From positions 1 through 50,310 of the forward strand of contig DYKY01000008.1 in assembly GCA_020722365.1 (NCBI GenBank): 50,310 bases of DNA. The letters run 5' to 3'. The notes under the pieces were generated by a model, which was not told where the DNA came from, ran no database searches, and saw only the letters and a list, made by a program, of their open reading frames with translations. This document shows positions 44,784-50,310 of this stretch, in pieces. The first letter of the stretch is position 1. Each line of letters starts with the position of its first letter. A program made the position numbers and the translations under genes. The stretch is from Thermoflexus sp. GTDB lineage: Bacteria > Chloroflexota > Anaerolineae > B4-G1 > SLSP01.

Positions 44784-45383
44784 TTGTCGCATTGGCGCAA
44801 ACAACAACGCAAGGAGACCTACTTCCAGAAGGCCAAGCAGGAAGGCTATCGCGCGCGGTCGGCTTATAAACTGTTGCAAATTCAGGAAAGATTTCACATC
44901 ATCCGGCGCGGCGACATCGTGGTGGATTTGGGCGCAGCGCCCGGTTCGTGGTCGCAGGTGACGGCGAACCTGGTGGGCGACAAGGGCCGCGTGATCGCCC
45001 TCGATTTGCAGGAGATTGAACCTATTCCCGGTGTGACGACGCTCCAGGGCAATATGACCGATCCGGCAATCCAGGCGCAGGTGATCGACATGGTCGGCGG
45101 GCGCGCGCACGTGGTTCTCAGCGACGCTGCGCCTTCCACGACGGGCATCAAACTGCGTGATCACGTTCTTTCGATGGAACTGGGCCACGCCGCGCTCGCC
45201 GTCGCCAAGAACCTGCTGGTTCCCGGCGGAAAACTGGTCATCAAAGTCTTCGAGGGCGAGGATTTGCCCGCGCTGCTCCGCGAGGTCAAAATGGCCTTCC
45301 ACCCGGTCAAAGTTCACACCCCGGCTGCCACGCGCAGCGAAAGTTGGGAAGCCTTCATCGTCGCCCAGGGGTTCAAAGGGTAG
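44784..45383 (+). CDS. rlmE: 23S rRNA (uridine-2'-O)-methyltransferase RlmE/FtsJ
   Basis: YRARSAYKLLQIQERF and the SAM motif VVDLGAAPGSWSQV. VLSDAAP. TTG start in the ORF track. Confidence 0.88.
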   Translation: MSHWRKQQRKETYFQKAKQEGYRARSAYKLLQIQERFHIIRRGDIVVDLGAAPGSWSQVTANLVGDKGRVIALDLQEIEPIPGVTTLQGNMTDPAIQAQVIDMVGGRAHVVLSDAAPSTTGIKLRDHVLSMELGHAALAVAKNLLVPGGKLVIKVFEGEDLPALLREVKMAFHPVKVHTPAATRSESWEAFIVAQGFKG

Positions 45384-45457
45384 ACGGTAGACGGGAGCGA
45401 ATGAGCGAATAATGAATCAGCGAATAGATAAATCTGTGAATAAACCCATCTGTCCCC

Positions 45458-45527
45458 CTACTCCCTACTCCTTACTCCCTACTCCTTACTCCTTACTCCC
45501 TACTCCTTACTCCATACTCCTTACTCC
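45458..45527 (+). repeat. Ten tandem copies of the heptamer YTACTCC ending 5 nt before the sbcC ATG
   Basis: Direct read: ctactcc ctactcc ttactcc ctactcc ttactcc ttactcc ctactcc ttactcc atactcc ttactcc, then ctccc ATG. Confidence 0.95.
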
Positions 45528-45532
45528 CTCCC

Positions 45533-48500
45533 ATGATTCCTGAAGAACTACACCTCCGCAATTTTCTCTCGCACCGCGAGACCGACCTGGACTTGCGCGG
45601 GGTTCACCTCGCCAGTCTGGTCGGGGAGAACGGGGCGGGCAAATCCGCGCTGCTCGACGCGATCACCTGGGCCGTGTGGGGGCGGTCGCGCGCGCCTTAC
45701 GGGCGGGATGAAGACCTCGTCTATCACGGCGAGGACAACCTCGAAGTCGAGTTCGTCTTCCGCATGCCCTACCAGGGTGGGGACGAACGGCGTTGCCGCA
45801 TCCTGCGCCGCCGCGAGCGCCAGGGACGGCGCTCCACCGGCTCGGTGCTGGATTTTCAGGTGGAAGGCGACGAAGGCTGGCGCAACCTCACCGCCGACAG
45901 CATCCGCGAAACGCAAAGCCGCATCATCGCGCAACTGGGGCTGGACTACGACACCTTCGTCAACTCGGCCTACCTGCGCCAGGGCCACGCCGACGAGTTC
46001 ACCGTCCAAACGTCCGGCGACCGCAAGCGCGTGCTCGGCGCTATCCTGGGGCTGGATCGCTGGAACGAATACCAGGATCGCGTCAAAAAGCGGCTTTCCG
46101 GCACGCAGGGCCGCATCCAGGAAATGGATCGCCGCCTGAGCGAGACGGAGCAGGAATTGGCCCGTCGCAGCGAATACGAGACGCTGCTCGCCGAGGCCGA
46201 AGCGCAGGTTCAGGCCACTGCGACAAGCCTGGCCGAAATCCAGACGCAGGTGGATGAAATCAACCGCGTGCAGGAACAGGCCCTCGGCCTGCGCCGCCAG
46301 ATCGCCGACCTGGACGAACGTCACCAACAAGAAAGAGCCAGACTGGCGCAACTGGAGCAGCAAGAGGAAACGCACCAGGGCCAGCAGGCGTACTACGCGA
46401 GCATGGTCGAACAGGCCGCCGCCATCGAAACGAACTACCAGGCGCTCCACGCCGCCGTCGCCGAAGAGCGCGCCTGGGGCGAGAAGCTCGGCCAGGCCGC
46501 CCGGCTGCAAAGCGAGAAAAGCGCGCGCGAGCAGGCCATCGCCGCCGAACGCGAGGCGCTCAACAAGCAACTGCGCGCGGCGGAACAGAAGATCGAACGC
46601 ATTGAGCGCGTCATCGCCGCGAACCGCGCCGCTATGGAACGCGCGCTGAGCGACCTGCGCGGGCAAATCGCGCTCCTGCACGAACGCACCGTCGATCCGG
46701 CGCTGCAAGCCAAACTCGACGCCGCGCGCGCCGAACTGGTGCAGTTGGACGCCATCGCCGAAGAGCAGGCGCTGATCCGCGAAACGCTGCAAACCGGCGA
46801 GGTCGAACGCAGCCGCCTCATCGAGCGCAACCGCCAGCTCCGCGAGCTGATGAACGAAGCCAAGAGCCGCATCGAAACCCTGGCCGAGGCCGAGGCCGCG
46901 TGCCCACTGTGCCGCCAACCCCTCACGCCCGAACATCAGGAGCGCCTGCTCAACGAAATCCAGGCCGAAGGCAAAACCATGGGCGACGAACACCGGGCCA
47001 ACGACGCGCGCATCCAGACCCTCAAGGACGAGAAGGCCGCCTTGCAATCACGTCTGCAAGAGCAGGAACGACTGCTCCGCACACGTCCCCAGCAAGAGCA
47101 AACCGTCGCCCGGCTGCAACAGCAGATCGAACAAAGCGACGACGCCCGCAAGCGCATCGCCATCGTGCAGGCGCAGGCCGCCGAGGTCGAGAGCCAACTC
47201 GCCGCCGAAGCCTACGCCGACGCGGAACGTCCCGCGCTGGAACAGGCCCAGGCCGCCGCGCACGCCCTTCAGACGCGCATCGAACAAGAGGATTACGCCG
47301 CCGACGCACGCGCGGAACTTGACCACATCCACGCGGAACTGGCCGAACTCGGCTACGATGCCGGCGCCCACCAGGAAGTCAAAAAGCGCGTCCAGGCCCT
47401 CGCCCACGCCGAAGACGATTACCGCGAGTTGGAGAAAGCGCGCGTCAGCATCGAGAAGGAAGCGGAGACGCTCAAACGGCTCGCGCTGGAAATCGAAGCG
47501 CAGCACGGGCGCATCACTGCGCTGGAAGCTGAACGCGCCACGCAGGAAGCCGCGCTCGACGCGCTGCGCCCCACCCTGGCCGAAGCGCCCCGCCTGACGC
47601 ACCTGCTCAACGAGGCGCGCCAGCGAGAGGCCGTCGCCCGGCAGCGCATCGGCGCGGCGCGGCAAAACCTCGCCGCGTTGGAGACGCTGGAACGCCGCCA
47701 GCAAGAAATGCGCGCCCAACGCGAGGAACTGGGCGCGCGCGTGGGCCTGCTCACCGAACTGCGCGATGCCTTTGGCGTCAACGGCATCCCGGCGATGATC
47801 ATCGAACACACGCTGCCGGAGCTGGAACGCGAGGCCAACCACATCCTGCAAAGCCTCACCGCCGGGCGGATGCACGTCCGCTTCGACACGCAGCGCGAGA
47901 CCAAGACCGGCAACCTGCGCGAAACGCTGGACATCATCATCAGCGACGAGAAGGGCACGCGCCCTTATGAGAATTTCTCAATTGATGGTTCTGAACCGGT
48001 TTGCATTCGCCGCAATGGAAAAATCCTCAACCTTCCCATTCAGAACTTATGGTCTGACAACCGCGTAACGGTTCAGATGGATTCTGGGCACGAGATTCAA
48101 GCAATTGATTTTGAAGCCTTGTGTTATCGAGATGGCAAAGCCGTTTGGTTACCAGCGGCTAATATCCTGCGCCACCCTGCCCCCGAAACGCTACTCAGAG
48201 TCAAACTATCGCCGGGCAATTATTCAATCGCAGTTACATCCAGTCATAGTGTTTATGTTATGACTCCCGAAGGGTTAAGCGTCAAACGCGGCGACGAATT
48301 GCGCCCTGGCGACTGGATGTTGACGCCCCGTCGTATTCCCGAACATGAAATAGTTCCGCAGATTGATCTAAAAGATGGAGATTGGCGAGTGCGCCCAGAG
48401 AAGTCTCAGGCCGAAATTGGAATTACAACAATCAGTCCACAGTTGGTTGCGGATACTGTTTTTCTCTGTCGCCAATTACAGATTTGGGCGAGGGTCGAAA

Positions 48501-49195
48501 AACACGGCGACGCTGGTTTTCGGCGCAATATGAACCATCAAACCTCATATCGTGTAGCCATTACGGGGCAAAACAATGTCCAACGCTTATTTGACGATGT
48601 AAAAATTGCAAACATCGCGCATCCAGGTAAATTTGAGGGAATCCCTTTGGCTTTGCTTAACATTGAACGCAATACTGGTCAGCGGCGGCTCAAACGCGTT
48701 CAGAGTGATGCGAACTTTAAATGTGGGACACTGGTTGTGCCAAAACGTAGTCAAGCGCAATATGAACAAATGCTTCATTGGCTTGAAGATTGGGCTGTCT
48801 TGGAAGTGACTGGAATAGAACCGGTGTCGCCTACGACGCCTTATGTTTATGATTTGGTTGTTCCAGATAATCACTCATTCACAGCAGGAACCGGGGCAAT
48901 TTTAGTACACAATTCTGGCGGCGAGCAATTCCGCGTCAATTTCGCCATCCGCGTAGCGCTCTCGCGGATGCTGGCACAGCGCGCGGGGGTGCGCCTGCGC
49001 TCCCTCTTCGTGGACGAGGGCTTCGGCTCATTGGACACTGAGGGACGGCAGCGGCTGGTCGAAGCCGTCAAAGCCGTGCAGCACGAATTCGACCTCGTCC
49101 TCGTCATCACCCACATCGACGAACTGCGCGAGGCCTTCCCCACGCAGATTCAGGTGACGAAGGGTGAGGGGGGATCCATCGTCGAGGTGGTTTAG
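45533..49195 (+). CDS. sbcC: SbcC/Rad50-family DNA repair ATPase with coiled coil and zinc hook, interrupted by an intein
   Basis: Walker A GENGAGKSAL. Long Q/E/A/R-rich coiled coil. CPLC hook. Signature and Walker B motifs SGGEQF...LFVDEGFGSLD. 1220 aa including a 312-aa insert. Confidence 0.85.
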   Translation: MIPEELHLRNFLSHRETDLDLRGVHLASLVGENGAGKSALLDAITWAVWGRSRAPYGRDEDLVYHGEDNLEVEFVFRMPYQGGDERRCRILRRRERQGRRSTGSVLDFQVEGDEGWRNLTADSIRETQSRIIAQLGLDYDTFVNSAYLRQGHADEFTVQTSGDRKRVLGAILGLDRWNEYQDRVKKRLSGTQGRIQEMDRRLSETEQELARRSEYETLLAEAEAQVQATATSLAEIQTQVDEINRVQEQALGLRRQIADLDERHQQERARLAQLEQQEETHQGQQAYYASMVEQAAAIETNYQALHAAVAEERAWGEKLGQAARLQSEKSAREQAIAAEREALNKQLRAAEQKIERIERVIAANRAAMERALSDLRGQIALLHERTVDPALQAKLDAARAELVQLDAIAEEQALIRETLQTGEVERSRLIERNRQLRELMNEAKSRIETLAEAEAACPLCRQPLTPEHQERLLNEIQAEGKTMGDEHRANDARIQTLKDEKAALQSRLQEQERLLRTRPQQEQTVARLQQQIEQSDDARKRIAIVQAQAAEVESQLAAEAYADAERPALEQAQAAAHALQTRIEQEDYAADARAELDHIHAELAELGYDAGAHQEVKKRVQALAHAEDDYRELEKARVSIEKEAETLKRLALEIEAQHGRITALEAERATQEAALDALRPTLAEAPRLTHLLNEARQREAVARQRIGAARQNLAALETLERRQQEMRAQREELGARVGLLTELRDAFGVNGIPAMIIEHTLPELEREANHILQSLTAGRMHVRFDTQRETKTGNLRETLDIIISDEKGTRPYENFSIDGSEPVCIRRNGKILNLPIQNLWSDNRVTVQMDSGHEIQAIDFEALCYRDGKAVWLPAANILRHPAPETLLRVKLSPGNYSIAVTSSHSVYVMTPEGLSVKRGDELRPGDWMLTPRRIPEHEIVPQIDLKDGDWRVRPEKSQAEIGITTISPQLVADTVFLCRQLQIWARVEKHGDAGFRRNMNHQTSYRVAITGQNNVQRLFDDVKIANIAHPGKFEGIPLALLNIERNTGQRRLKRVQSDANFKCGTLVVPKRSQAQYEQMLHWLEDWAVLEVTGIEPVSPTTPYVYDLVVPDNHSFTAGTGAILVHNSGGEQFRVNFAIRVALSRMLAQRAGVRLRSLFVDEGFGSLDTEGRQRLVEAVKAVQHEFDLVLVITHIDELREAFPTQIQVTKGEGGSIVEVV
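47978..48913 (+). mobile_element. Intein (312 aa, Ser1 ... His-Asn / Ser+1) inserted in the ABC signature motif of SbcC
   Basis: Extein junction YENF | SIDGSEPVCIRRNG ... GAILVHN | SGGEQF. Block B-like VTSSHSVYV. Block F-like VYDLVVPDNHSFTAG. The DNA is visibly AT-richer than both flanks. Confidence 0.8.
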
Positions 49196-49401
49196 CAGGG
49201 GGACATCATCGCGCCATACGCAATAGCAGCCCGGACATCCTCCTCGGTCAGTTGTGGGTACTCTTCCAACACCTCCTCAATGCTCATGCCGGAAGCAAGA
49301 AAGTCCAATAGCAGGGAGACCCACAAGCGTGTACCACGAATACACGGCTTGCCGAAACAAACGCCGGGATCGATTGAAATACGTTCTAGTAACTTGTGCA
49401 T
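49192..49401 (-). CDS. DUF433-family small protein (antitoxin-like HTH)
   Basis: ISIDPGVCFGKPCIRGTRLWVSLLLDFLASGMSIEEVLEEYPQLTEEDVRAAIAY matches the DUF433 pattern. GGAGGA ribosome-binding site before the ATG at 49401. Confidence 0.75.
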   Translation of the reverse strand: MHKLLERISIDPGVCFGKPCIRGTRLWVSLLLDFLASGMSIEEVLEEYPQLTEEDVRAAIAYGAMMSPC

Positions 49402-49470
49402 AAAATCCTCCGCAAGAACCATATGCCTTTCCTCTTATTCTACCGCGAAACCAAGCAATTCGAGCGGAAA

Positions 49471-50310
49471 TCAAACACAAAGTTCCCCCTTGAACACCAC
49501 CACCGCATTGCCCGTCAATTCCACCCGTCCGTTCTCCACCAGCCGCACACCGATCTCACCGCCGCGCGCCGACGCCTGGTAGGCCAGCATCTCCTTCTTG
49601 CCCAGAAGCGCGGACCAGTATGGCGTGAGCAGCGTGTGCGCCGACCCGGTGACGGGGTCCTCGTTGATGCCCACTTTCGGCGCGAAGAAGCGCGAGATGA
49701 AGTCGTAGGGCAAATCGCCGGTCGATTCGCCTACCACCGTCACCATCACACCGCGATAGGCGTCCAGTTCCTCGCAGGCCAGCAGCGCCGAGAAGTCCGG
49801 GCGCAGGTCACGCACCTGTTGCGCGTCGGCGAGCTGGATGAGCAAGTCGCGTGCGCGTGTACCGTAAGCAGCAGCTTCCGCCGACGCCACGCCGAGCGCC
49901 TTGAGCGCCCCGGCAGGCGGCTTGCACGGGACGGGCGTATCCGCCGGGAAATCGAGCGTGATCGTCTCACAATCCGCCGGCCCGCCCGCAACGCGCCGGG
50001 CGACGAGGTCGCCGCTGAGGGTCTCGAAGGTCACGGACGTCGCCTGCACGCCCACCGCACCGAAGAGCACCGCCGCCGTCGCCAGCGTCGCGTGCCCGCA
50101 GAGGCGCACCTCCACCTTGGGCGTAAACCAGCGCAGGGAAAAACGCGCTGTTTCTTGCCAGGACATATCCCCCACCGGCATCACGAACGCCGTTTCGGAG
50201 AGGTTCATCTCGGCGGCAATCGCCTGCATCAGCGTGGCATCGAGCGCGTGCGGCAGCAAACACACCGCCGCCGGATTCCCCTTGAAGGGAACGCGGGTAA
50301 ACGCATCGAC
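49471..50310 (-). CDS. PhzF-family isomerase (5' end outside the window)
   Basis: The frame stays open to the window edge (VDAFTRVPFKGNPAAVCLL...). CGHATLATAAVLF. C-terminal VELTGNAVVVFKGEL. Confidence 0.8.
   Translation of the reverse strand, partial: VDAFTRVPFKGNPAAVCLLPHALDATLMQAIAAEMNLSETAFVMPVGDMSWQETARFSLRWFTPKVEVRLCGHATLATAAVLFGAVGVQATSVTFETLSGDLVARRVAGGPADCETITLDFPADTPVPCKPPAGALKALGVASAEAAAYGTRARDLLIQLADAQQVRDLRPDFSALLACEELDAYRGVMVTVVGESTGDLPYDFISRFFAPKVGINEDPVTGSAHTLLTPYWSALLGKKEMLAYQASARGGEIGVRLVENGRVELTGNAVVVFKGELCV

Noticed and set aside
45548-47047. 499-aa minus-strand ORF inside sbcC, plus others at 47048-47875 and 46435-46926
   Set aside because: These are mirror ORFs of the GC-rich coiled-coil coding region. 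Their composition is low-complexity A/L/G/R, and the plus-strand frame carries the Walker A and hook motifs.
13310-50310. Looked for a prophage, integrative element, transposase, integrase, tRNA or rRNA in the non-CRISPR part of the window
   Set aside because: No ORF shows transposase (DDE), integrase (tyrosine or serine recombinase) or phage structural motifs that I can recognise. No cloverleaf-like tRNA sequence was seen in the intergenic regions. The only mobile-type elements supported are the intein and the small palindromic repeats.

Overview
GC-rich bacterial chromosomal window, roughly 60-65% GC by eye with several AT-richer islands. The left 13 kb (1-13094) is a complete CRISPR-Cas locus, all on the minus strand. 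In transcription order it reads cmr1, cmr6-like RAMP, cas10, cmr4, cmr5, cmr3-like RAMP, an unrecognised two-TM protein gene, cas6, a stand-alone reverse transcriptase (RT), cas1, cas2, a leader, and a CRISPR array cut off by the window start. The effector gene order and a Cas10 with an HD motif but no GGDD cyclase motif fit subtype III-C as I remember it. The RT/Cas1 module suggests spacer acquisition from RNA. The main candidate for something undescribed is the 429-aa membrane protein gene (3844-5133), which is translationally coupled to the effector genes. A cyclic-oligoadenylate-sensing role is not expected for it, because the Cas10 Palm motif is lost. Two junctions in the locus carry odd rearrangements: a 98-bp tandem duplication at the membrane-gene/cas6 junction, and a 116-bp palindromic insertion with 20-bp flanking direct repeats between RT and cas1. 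The rest of the window is mostly housekeeping: glgX, a 1420-aa secreted S8 protease, lexA with a consensus promoter and candidate operator, a two-component system, two peptide-type ABC transporter gene sets, an ECF sigma factor, trmD, an amidohydrolase, an epimerase, a FemAB-family gene, hflX, rlmE, a DUF433 gene and a partial phzF-family gene. The second notable item is a 312-aa AT-rich intein inserted exactly in the ABC signature motif of an SbcC/Rad50-like ATPase. That gene is preceded by ten tandem copies of the heptamer YTACTCC and has no adjacent sbcD. No rRNA, tRNA, transposase or integrase gene was recognised. All calls rest on motif reading of the supplied translations and the DNA; no database search was possible.
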